This document shows positions 26,501 through 36,059 of a stretch of 64,000 nucleotides of DNA, piece by piece. The notes below the pieces were generated by a model. It worked only from the letters and a program-made list of their open reading frames with translations, searched no databases and was not told the DNA's origin. Origin of the DNA: Cenococcum geophilum. Its lineage: Eukaryota. The DNA lies in the NCBI GenBank assembly GCA_050273025.1, contig CP158635.1:21514001-21578000 (forward strand), read 5' to 3'. Numbering within the stretch: position 1 is the first letter of the stretch; every line of letters starts with the position of its first letter. The translations under genes were made by a program, and so were the position numbers.

Positions 26501-29500
26501 ATCTTACGGCGTTAAGTATCTTTAATATCGACCTAACCTATAATCTAATCGATCTTTAGATTATATTCCTATAACTAAGGTATTCCTAGTACTGCCTTAT
26601 CCTATTTTAATAGTAGGATATTAAAAGACATCTTAATTTATCTTCCTTTAATAGTTAACTAAATAGGTCCTGTTTTAAGATTAATAATCCCTCCTCCGTA
26701 AGCTATTAAATCTCCTAAAATTGTAACTAATAGGTAAGGTTGCTCCTTCTATCTATAAGATAGTCCCATTCTCTTAACTACTGCTAGTAAGATATAGTTT
26801 TGCATTACTTCACTATCTATTAGCGCTTTAAACTGCTAATCTTACTATTTAACTTATAAATTTAGGTGTTGTCCTTAAATTTCTTTTAGGGTCTAAGGCT
26901 CTACTACTAGCTCCCTTTAGTTCTATAGGCCTCTACTTTTCCTAACTATTGGCTGCTTAATCTTGCTATACATAGCTTACTCTTTAGCTAATACCTTATT
27001 CGCTTTTTATCTTTAATATACTATAGACACGTATTCTTTAGGCATTCCCACCACTATTATCCTTTTAAGTATTCTTCCGTAAGGAATCTTCCTAGTTAAA
27101 GTATTAAATTACTTTCCTCTTAGACTTCTACTGGATACCATCTATATATATATTTGGCATTCCTATACTATTACTTGTCCGTTATCCAGTATATCCTTAT
27201 AGGGTATTTCCAATTCTTTTCTTTTAGATTTTTATACATCTTGTATATATCGTCCATATATACAATCCACAATAACGTATAGTGCACTAGGTGTTTTAGG
27301 TTAACTCTTAGCTTATCTTTATCCTTAAGTTTAAACCTTTATCGTGCTAATCTAAATGTTATAACTTCGTTTATAGGTACTAAGATATATCTTTTGCTTC
27401 TCTAGTCCTCTAATCATTCCTCTAGATCCTTTAATATTATAATTAAGGCTCCTTTAATATAAGTTATAGCCTTTTCCATAATCGGGTGGTTCTAGATAAC
27501 TTTCTTATCCAACTATATATAGAAATCTTCCTACTTATCGTTGTGTCGCTATCTATACTACTTTTAGTACAGCTATTAGAGTGTATACAGTCTATCCATA
27601 AGGAAGTATCTTCTTATTACTATATCGTAATAGCCCTTAGTATATCATTCCTCGAACCTAGTTAGGATTTCTAAATCCTCTTTATTTTCCAGTTTGGTAA
27701 GCCACTTAGCTCTTAGTGTGCCTGCTCTAGGCCTATTAGTAATTCTTCGTACTAGCGCTCTGTCCCTTATACGTCCTAATATACTAGATCTCTTATCTAG
27801 TTTCTATTCTTGCTATACAATAATTCTTTGCCTAAATTCTTCTATAGTTTCTTTTATTTTATATCTTATTAATAGATCCTTAAAGTCTTCCTACTTCTTA
27901 ATCTTAGTATTAACTCTTCAATCTTTAGTCCAAATACTGTGTTCTACTAGTAAGTCCTCTAGGTTTATATATCTATCTCCTAGTCTAGTTGCTGTTTATA
28001 TTGTAGATTCTCTAATCTATAAAGAAGCCTCTTACCTCTTGCCTATAGGTATCCTAATTTGTACTCCAAATTCTTAATCCCTTAGATTCTTTAATCCTAA
28101 GCTTGCTTCTAACTTAAGCTTAGCTCCAGCCTTAGTCCAACTAGGCTTACTTAGTGTTCTCATCTCGTCTTAAGAGTCTTAAATCTCACTCATCTCGTCT
28201 TAAGAATCTTATACCTATAGGAACTTCCGTCCCGTGCTTATTTATATATTCTTAAACTAAGCCGCTACTCTACTCTATCGGTTTTCGTCTATTATAGGTC
28301 CTTAAGCTTACCTTATCTCATCTTAAGAATCTTAGTTGTCTCTTATCTCTTCTTAAGAATCTTAAGCCTTTGGCCTTTTACCTTTATTAAGTGCCGAAGT
28401 AGTTCGCTGCCCTACTTCTCTTACGTCTTATAAAGCGATAGACATCGTATCTAGTGGGGTCTTAATCCCTACTAATATTCCCTATTCTATAGTGGAATCA
28501 TCCTCTGCCTCTAGTATAATATCTTTAAGGTCTACTCGCTCCTAATAAGCGGCCCTTATTACCTTATCGTTACAAAATATTTCGCCTATATTAAATTTAT
28601 CGTCCTTAATATCCGATCTGCGAACTAGTTTATTAGTTCCTCTATATCCTATAGGTACTAGCTCCTATAGCTAATAGCTTATACTATACTTAGCGTCCTT
28701 ATAAATTTGGTATACGTTATTATAATAAAACGCAAAACTTCTAATTAAATATTCTTTTATTCCTCGCAGTATATTATCGTCCCTCTATATATATATATTG
28801 TCTACTATTAGTCTAGTTCCCTTTATTATATAGTATCTCTAACTATCTTTACAATCCCTTACAAAGTGACCCTGTTTTCCGCAATTTATATAAGCTCCCT
28901 CTTTAAACTATTGCTTTTGTTATAGAGTTTGCCTAAACGTCTTCTACTACTAAGATCCCTAGTTTAGCCTTTGCTCCTTAGACCTTTAATTACTTAATCC
29001 TTGTCCCCTAGATTTCTATTATTTCTTACTCCATCTTTTATAGGCTTCTTTAGTACTACTTAGGTCTATTAGCTCTACGCCATACTATAGTTTTTAACTT
29101 AGCTTTAGTCGTTATATACTTTACGCCTTATATAACTATAGAACTCTATCCTAGCCTCTTTTAGCCTATTCCCTTTAGTAGATCTAATTATTAATCTTAA
29201 TCGCTTAATCTATTAGTTCCCTTAGGGTATCCGCATCTTCTATTAGGATAATTACGTCCTAGACTTTAGCCTTAAGTCCCTATTTATACTATGCCATAAG
29301 CGCCCTATTATTCCACTTAACTTATATTACTAACGTCTAGAACTACGTTATATACTTAATCGCTAAGGTTCGTTACGTAATATCTTAGAGTTTTTTTTTT
29401 TACTGTAGTTACTGCCTCTAGGTCTCTAAATATTTATATAAGTCGCTCCACAAATCCATTCAAGCTTAAGAACATAAACCGTACCTCTTAGTTTATAGTC

Positions 29501-29900
29501 GTTATTCCATTTACCTAAATTTCTATAAGGTAAGACTTAAACCATTTAAGTACTCTTCCTATTAGAAACAATCCCGCGTACGCTATTTAATCCATAGGTA
29601 TTGCTAGCTTAGCTCCCTCTTATATAACCTTAAAGTGCATTTACGTAAGGAATCCTTTAAGCTTTAATCTCTCTCCTAAGTATCTTTTAATTAATAGTAA
29701 CTTAACCTTTACTGCGCCTATCCCATTAATCCTATTTTCTAACGTTGCATTATTTTCTATTAGCTAGTTAACTATTTTTTATAGCTATCCGACCGTTATA
29801 GGTTGCTATAAGTTAGTGTCTGCTATACTAGTGTCGTTACCTAACCTTAATATAGTTACCGCCGTTAATAGCGTTATAGTGGCTGCTTTTGGTAGCATAT
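23560..29900 (-). pseudogene. gag-pol of G2
   Basis: NCGKQGHF.RDC ~28850-28890, ALIDS protease ~26820, LCIDYRQLN ~26150, YL(D)DIIIY ~25850, YDIY(D)KKLL ~25295, integrase ~24800-24000, chromodomain ~23720-23590. Confidence 0.9.
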
Positions 29901-29942
29901 TATCTAACTTCTTATATTAATACCATAACCAGGTAGTAATTA

Positions 29943-30367
29943 TATAACAGAACCTTATAGCAAGAACTACGATGGGTCCTGTTATTGGGCTAGGTGTATA
30001 GGAAATGCAAGTATAAAAGTTAACAAGTAATAATAACTAGTGGAGTAGTTGCCTAACAGATTAACTCTAATTATATTCTGAGAATTACTATAAAGAAGAA
30101 ACTATCTAGGTAGGGACTGAGGGTCCTTAAATACACAACCGTACTCCTATAAAATCCTTCTTATATATAATATACGTCTTATACATAAGGTACGTAAGTT
30201 CCTCTTATTCCTCTTATTTAATACGTAGCACATTATATAACCTCAGTTACCATTCCTCATCACATAGTTCTATCGGCTCCATCCTAGACCGTACCTAAAT
30301 CAACCAACTAGCTTCTTCCGTCTCTTCTCCAAGTAGTTATAATATTGTACTTAAAGCGTCCGTAACA
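29943..30367 (-). repeat. 5' LTR of G2
   Basis: Direct repeat of 22422-22846. Confidence 0.94.
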
Positions 30368-30569
30368 ATTTATAGCCGACTTTTAAAGGGTATATAGTTA
30401 ACTAGTAAGAATAGGGGAAGAACTAGAGATAATAATATATTTAAATATAGAAGTGCTAGTAGGAATATAAAATATGGGAATAGAAAGCTTTATATAAAAT
30501 AAGTAGTAACTACATCGGGAAAATATTCGCAGGATGAGATTTAAGTAGACTTTGGTTTTCGCGTTTCGC

Positions 30570-30770
30570 GTAATTGACATGTAATTTAACCAACTCGACA
30601 CGCAATTAACTAACTTGACACGCAATTGACCAACTTGACATGTAATTTGACTAACTCGACACGCAGTTAACCTACTTGACATGCAATTTAACTAACTCGA
30701 CACGCAGTTGACCTACTTGACATGCAATTTAACCAACTCGACACGCAGTTGACCTACTTAACATGCAATT
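30570..30770 (+). repeat. Subterminal ~20-21-bp tandem repeat (GACACGCAATTGACCAACTT-like); resumes at 33565-33637
   Basis: About 10 units before and 3-4 after the nested Tc1 element, partly as an alternating ~41-bp dimer. Confidence 0.9.
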
Positions 30771-30890
30771 TACAGTCAACCGCAAAAGATCGTTTACATC
30801 GCTTAAATTCGCGAACAGCCGGCATCGCGCCCCACCAAAATTTGTACGAGGTGTGATGTAACGCATTTAATCCACTACTTATTGCCTAAA

Positions 30891-31904
30891 ATAGGCAGAA
30901 GGCTCACACCTGAGGTTATATATCGAATTAGGGTTAGAATTGAAGCTAGTGAGGGGGTGCTGGCTATTGCGAAGGCCATTAACGTGTCCCGTCCTACCGT
31001 TTATAAGATATAATTAAACCTTGACCTTTATAACGAGCCGTACGCGCTAGCTAGTCTTATATAAGGTTGACTAAGGCTACTTCTAGCCTACTAAGAGCTT
31101 ATAAGTCTAATATTGCTTAGTGTTAAGTTTTTACTAACGTATCTCCGGTAATAGAGGCTACTTAATTTTCTTAAAGACTAACCTACTGCCTACCTTAATA
31201 AGATGTAGGACTTCCTATTTAATAAGTTTGGCCTTTAAGTCTTTGTAGCCACTATTAGCCGTACCTTATTAAGAGCTCGCTGGTTAAGGAAGGCTATTAA
31301 GGCTTACGCGGTAGAGAGAAGTTAGGAGCTTTATATATTATGGATTAGTAGATAGGCAATATAGACAGTAGATTAGCTGGTTTTTCTTAATAAGTTAGCT
31401 TCTAATAATAGAATAGGCGATAGAAAGTTTAGCTAGGCGCCAATTAGAAGAGAATATAAGGTCTCTCGCCCGTTTAAAAGGTTAGAGAGGTAGAGTATCC
31501 TACTAGCGCTATTAGTTAATAGATACCTAAGCTACCTTATCTACCAAGGCTTAATTATAGTAGAGATATTTAAGCTATTTCTAGAGTAGTAGGTGCCCCC
31601 TTATTATACACTATACCTTAGGCCGCAATCTATTCTTATTCTAGATAACGTGTTAATCTATAAGTTAGCATAACTCCGCGATCTATATAAGGAACACGGC
31701 GTACTACTTATATTCTTACCACTATACTTACTAGATTATAACCTAATTAAGGCAATATTTAAGGGCCTTAAGGCGTAGATTAAAAGGAATTATTAACTAG
31801 TAAAGACGTTTAAGAGCTTTAAGGCGTTTCTATATTTTGCGGTTAGTTAATTAATAGGAGCTTACGCGGAGGCGTATTATAAAAACGTAGGATATATAGT
31901 TTAA
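30891..31904 (+). pseudogene. DD34E transposase, predicted intron 31101-31154
   Basis: HTH IAKAINVSRPTVYK; reverted FLDESASN (~31383), LDNASIH (~31641) and FLPPYSPDYNPIE (~31710-31750) with 34 residues between D and E; intron (G)TAAGT..CTAAC..TAG is in frame. Confidence 0.9.
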
Positions 31905-31907
31905 ATT

Positions 31908-33364
31908 TATCTACTGCCTTAATAGCTTAAAGGCAGAAATCTTGCCTCTTATCCTTACTAATATTCCTATCTTAAAATTATACTCCTCCTATATCTTATT
32001 GGTTATGCCTTCGCCCTCCCTTTTTAACGCCTTTAAAGTATTAATATTCTATATCTTATTTATTAGCCTTATCTTAATTAGCTTAAGAATCTCCCTCTAC
32101 TACTTATTATTAAACCCTAGCTAGTTAGTAAGCTATTTAAAGAAGAATCTAAGTAGCTTAACTAGGTCTATCTCTAACTAGATAGGGCTAGAATTATAAA
32201 GCTAATTAACCATTAAATATAGATGCGGAGAGTACTATAGAGGGTATATAGAAAGCCAAGGTTAAGACTAAGACTTAAGCTCCTTAACTAGCCATACTTT
32301 AATAAGATTATTAATAGTTTCGTCCTTCTCCTTTAGCTGCTTTATCTTATTACTTTTACGGCCTTTCTCCTTTTAGTTTATAAGCTGAATAATAATATTC
32401 TATAAAGGCTGATCTATAGTAGACTCTCCCTTTAATAGCTTACGGTTCTAACGTGCTAGATTTTCTAAGCTAATAGGATAATAATAGAGGACGTAATCTA
32501 GCAAAGTTAATAATTAACTATTACGCCAACATGTTATAGGATAATTGCTATAGTACTTATTTAAATAAAACCACCTATTAGCTATCCTAGGGACGTAATT
32601 ACTAGCGTCCTCCTTAGTAAGTAGCTCGGGTAAGTTATTAAGTTAAGCTTATATAGTAGTTCTTCTTCCTCCTAATCTGTTACCTACTTGCTAACTTAAT
32701 ATAGGTATAGGTATTGCTAGAATTGCCTTTTTTCCTTAATTAAACTTAATATAAAATTAAGCCTTAAGGATTTTAATAGCTAGCGTAAATACTATTCTTT
32801 TATAATCTTAACCGCCTACTAAAGGTCCTTATAGTTATTAATCTACTATTAATAGAAGTTACAAGCTCGCGCGTTCTTATATAAGGCAATCACCTTAAGC
32901 TACTAAACTCTAAATTTCTGTGGTAAAAGATCCCTTAAGAGCTTTCCTTTCTAAGCCTTAATTGTAGTTAGGTAGAGTATATTCTAGTCTAATATTACTA
33001 ATTAAAACCTAGGTAAAACCTCCTTTCTATTAAATACCTTCTATACGCTTATAAAACGTACTACCACCAGCGGCTCCAGCGGCTCTTCTATATTATTATC
33101 CTCTACCTCCTCCTCTCCCTTATTATTATCTTCTGCATCTATTAGGGGCTAGGCGGACGCCGGCGGTAATAGCGTAAATAGTAATACTTTAGGGCGTAAA
33201 GGCGGGGAAACAGGTGTAGGCTAAGGCGCTGCCCTAGGTCTTGCTTTCTTAGCTACTGGTACAGAGGGCGTTAATATTAAATTGGGACGCTTCTTTAATG
33301 GTTTAGGACGCGTTGGTACGCGCGTTAGGGGCTTAGCTAGCTTATTACGTTTATTGGGAGCCAT
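31908..33364 (-). pseudogene. Second (cargo) ORF of the Tc1 element, unknown function
   Basis: Intact ATG start MAPNKRNKLAKPLTRVPTRPKPLKKRP, Pro-rich and acidic tracts, reverted W.C...YC.NYP.TCW...H motif ~32580-32470, helical C-terminus; the segments translated had only RIP-type stops. Confidence 0.6.
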
Positions 33365-33764
33365 AGAAAACACCACAGAAGGTCCTATATAATTATCCTA
33401 ATTAGGCTAGACTTAAGCTTTATTTTAAGCTACTTACGGCTGTTTGCTAATGGTTGCTAGGTCTTTAAATAGCTAGCATTGCACCTTATACAAATTTTGG
33501 TAGGGTGCGATGCCGGCTGTTCGCGAATTTAAGCGATGTAAACGATCTTTTGCGGTTGACTGTAACTAACTCGACACGCAGTTGACCTACTTGACATGCA
33601 ATTTAACTAACTCAATATGCAGTTAACCTACTTAACAACTTTAAAAGCTAACTGTATATTTCTTGACGTGCGATTAAGATAAAGTTATATGCTATATATT
33701 TAACTATTATATAATCTTATACAATCTTATACAATCTCATACAATCTTATAGTCTTATTACTTG

Positions 33765-34030
33765 GAGGCTCTGCACGAGGCTCTACACGAAGCTCTGCGT
33801 ACAGAGGCTCTGCACGAAGCTCTGCGCATAGAGGCTCTACACGAAGCTCTACACGAAGCTCTGCGTACAGAGGCTCTGCACGAAGCTCTGCACGAAGCTC
33901 TGCACGAAGCTCTGCACGAAGCTCTGCACGAGGCTCTGCGCGAGGCTCTGCGCGAAGCTCTGCGTACAGAGGCTCTGCACGAGGCTCTGCGAGAAGCTCT
34001 GCGTACAGAGGCTCTACACGAAGCTCTGCA
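33765..34030 (+). repeat. 12-bp GC-rich minisatellite (GARGCTCTGCAC)n with 15-bp variants
   Basis: About 20 units read directly; gives the EALH-repeat ORF. Confidence 0.93.
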
Positions 34031-34139
34031 TCGGGTCCCCGCTATATTCCCGATAGCCTCTACACGTGCCTCTACCCTATGTAGCCACCTTATTTTTTAC
34101 CCTTCCTTCCTTCTTTATATCCTCCCTACCTAGGGAGGC

Positions 34140-34295
34140 ACCAGAACGGCAGCCAGCAGAGGACCGTTGCTAGAACTAGACGACCGTCGCCAGAACCAGA
34201 TGACCGTTACCAGAACCAGACGACCATCGCCAGCCAGACGACCGTCGCCAGAACCAGACGACCGTCGCCAGAGCCAGACGACAACGACTAGCCAG
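34140..34295 (+). repeat. ~21-bp imperfect tandem repeat (CCAGAACCAGACGACCGTCG)
   Basis: About 6-7 units seen directly. Confidence 0.85.
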
Positions 34296-34332
34296 CCAAC
34301 ACTATAAACGATTCGATCGATCAATCGAATTA

Positions 34333-35405
34333 GGAGTTCTCCCCACTCCGTGCACGTTCCCACTCAATGCACGGTCTTTCCTCACCAAAATTTGCCCAAA
34401 TACACCTTTTTATACCACCTATAACTTAATAACCTTTTAATAGAATTTTATAAAATTTTAAATATAGCTTATTAAATACTAAAACTATAATTTTATATAA
34501 AAATATTATAAAATATTATAATATATATATACTTAAAATTAGGTTAAAAAAGTACTTTTTTAATAAGACTTAGTATTATTAATATTATTATTAATAAAGC
34601 TATTATATAGCTAGATTTTATATATATTTATATTTATTATATAAATAAGTGTTTTTAATATTTATATAGTTTATAAATTATATATTAAGTAAATTATATT
34701 AAAATTTAATATAGTTAAAATATATATATTTATATTATAAATAAAGTTTTTATATAATAAATTAAGGCCATAAAATACTTTATTATAAGTAAAATTAAGT
34801 ATAAAAAATATAATTAAGCTTATTATTATATCTAATATAAAAATTGAATTTTTTTAGTATAGATAAAAAGTAAGCTTCTTTATTTTATATTATAACCAAC
34901 GATATTTTTTAAATTTTATTTTATAAATGCTTTTACTTTTTATATAATAAGCTATATTAAATTTTTTATATTAATTGCTATTATAGTAATTAAGTTATAA
35001 GGATTTTTAAAAAATTCTATAAATTTTTTTTCAGAACTATATACAAGCTAACTATATATATAAGCCGGTTACCTATATTTTAAAAAAGCTTATTTATATT
35101 ATAAATATAGATATATATAAAATCTAGCTATATAATGGCCTTATTAATAATAATATTATTAATATTAAGTTTTATTAAAAAAGTGCTTTTTTAATCTAAC
35201 TTTAAGTATATATATTTTATAATATTTTATAATATTTTTATATAAAATTATAGTTTTAGTATTTAATAAGCTATATTTAAAATTTTATAAAATTCTATTA
35301 AAAGGTTATTAAGTTATAGGTGGTATAAAAAGGTGTATTTGGGCAAATTTTGGTGAGGAAAGACCGTGCATTAAGTGGGAACGTGCACGGAGTGGGGAGA
35401 ACCCG
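34333..35405. mobile_element. Non-autonomous foldback/MITE-like element with ~300-bp TIRs
   Basis: 34333-~34635 is the reverse complement of ~35100-35405; flanked by TA at 34331-34332 and 35406-35407; extremely AT-rich interior with no ORF. Confidence 0.85.
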
Positions 35406-35407
35406 TA

Positions 35408-35655
35408 AGGTAGCACAGACAAGTAGGCACAAACAGGTAGATGCTGATGGGTAGGTAGATGTAGACAGGTAGGCAGATGCAGACAGGTAAGCAGATGTAG
35501 ATAGGTAGGTAGATGCTGACGGGTAGGTAAATATAGATAGGTAGGTAGATGCAGATAGGTAGGTAAATGCAGACAGGTAGATATAGATAGGTAGGCGATG
35601 TAGATAGGTAGGTAGATGCAGGCAGGTAGGTAAGTCAATAGGTAGATAGGTAGAA
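35408..35655 (+). repeat. Degenerate GTAG/GCAG/ACAG microsatellite with ~18-bp periodicity
   Basis: CAGGTAGGTAGATGCAGA-like units; gives the LHLPT-repeat ORF on the minus strand. Confidence 0.88.
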
Positions 35656-36059
35656 GAGAACCATCGCTATATTATATTAAATTATCTAAAATAATAATAT
35701 TTATTTTGCTAGCCTTATAAATAGCTTTAAAATAGCTTTTATTTATTTAAAATATGTTATTAGTATAAAAGAGGTAAATATAATTATGGTTGCTAAATGC
35801 GTAGATTACTGGCAGGTTGCGCGCAGGCTACGTGTCAAAAAAACACGATATAGGCTAGTCGGTCGAGTTGCCAAATGCCCTCAACTGCGCGCCAATTGCG
35901 TTAACCACCAACCATTAAGGCCATTAAAAGGGTACTATATTTTGCCAATGTAGGGTATAAATATAAGAGATAGAAGTTCTAAATGTCCTAGAGAAAGTAG
36001 AAATAGGAGAAGTAAGGAATAAAGGAGAGGCAAAGGACCCTTGCTGGGGGTCCGCTACC

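Larger units (their letters stand above)
22422..30367 (-). mobile_element. Ty3/gypsy chromovirus G2, full length (7.9 kb), RIP-inactivated
   Basis: 425-bp LTRs at 22422-22846 and 29943-30367; TSD ATTTA at 22417-22421 and 30368-30372; PPT (minus strand) at 22847-22862; gag CCHC, protease, RT, RNase H, integrase and chromodomain on the minus strand. Confidence 0.95.
30773..33562 (+). mobile_element. Tc1/IS630-family (DD34E) DNA transposon with two convergent ORFs
   Basis: About 80-bp TIRs (CAGTCAACCGCAAAAGATCG...), TA TSD at 30771-30772 and 33563-33564. Confidence 0.94.
30513..35950. mobile_element. Unclassified non-autonomous TIR element built from tandem repeats (about 1.6 kb without its two nested elements)
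   Basis: LINE copy 2 gives the empty site (GTAAC-TA-GGGT). The insert is flanked by TA/TA (30511-30512, 35951-35952) with 14-bp imperfect TIRs CATCGGGAAAATAT / ATATTTTGCCAATG. Confidence 0.8.

Noticed and set aside
27694..28077. Hydrophobic 127-aa ORF, and similar ORFs at 14758-15012, 31942-32124, 39070-39285, 40361-40717, as membrane proteins or effectors
   Set aside because: They are antisense shadows of TE genes; the Leu/Ile/Tyr richness follows from RIP-driven AT bias.
30570..30770. CRISPR-like array
   Set aside because: Units are contiguous with no unique spacers, there are no cas genes, and the context is fungal.
33762..34133. 123-aa EALH-repeat ORF as a real gene
   Set aside because: TTG start, open only because of the 12-bp repeat, and lies within a non-coding TIR element.
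34400..35330. Mitochondrial insertion (NUMT) or replication origin
   Set aside because: The AT-rich tract is bounded by, and largely consists of, long inverted repeats with a TA duplication; no mitochondrial gene motifs were seen.
35309..35638. 109-aa LHLPT-repeat ORF
   Set aside because: Translation of the GTAG microsatellite that runs across the boundary of the foldback element.
30513..35950. Starship or other giant cargo element
   Set aside because: No tyrosine-recombinase captain gene or cargo genes seen, and the unit is small with a TA duplication and TIRs.
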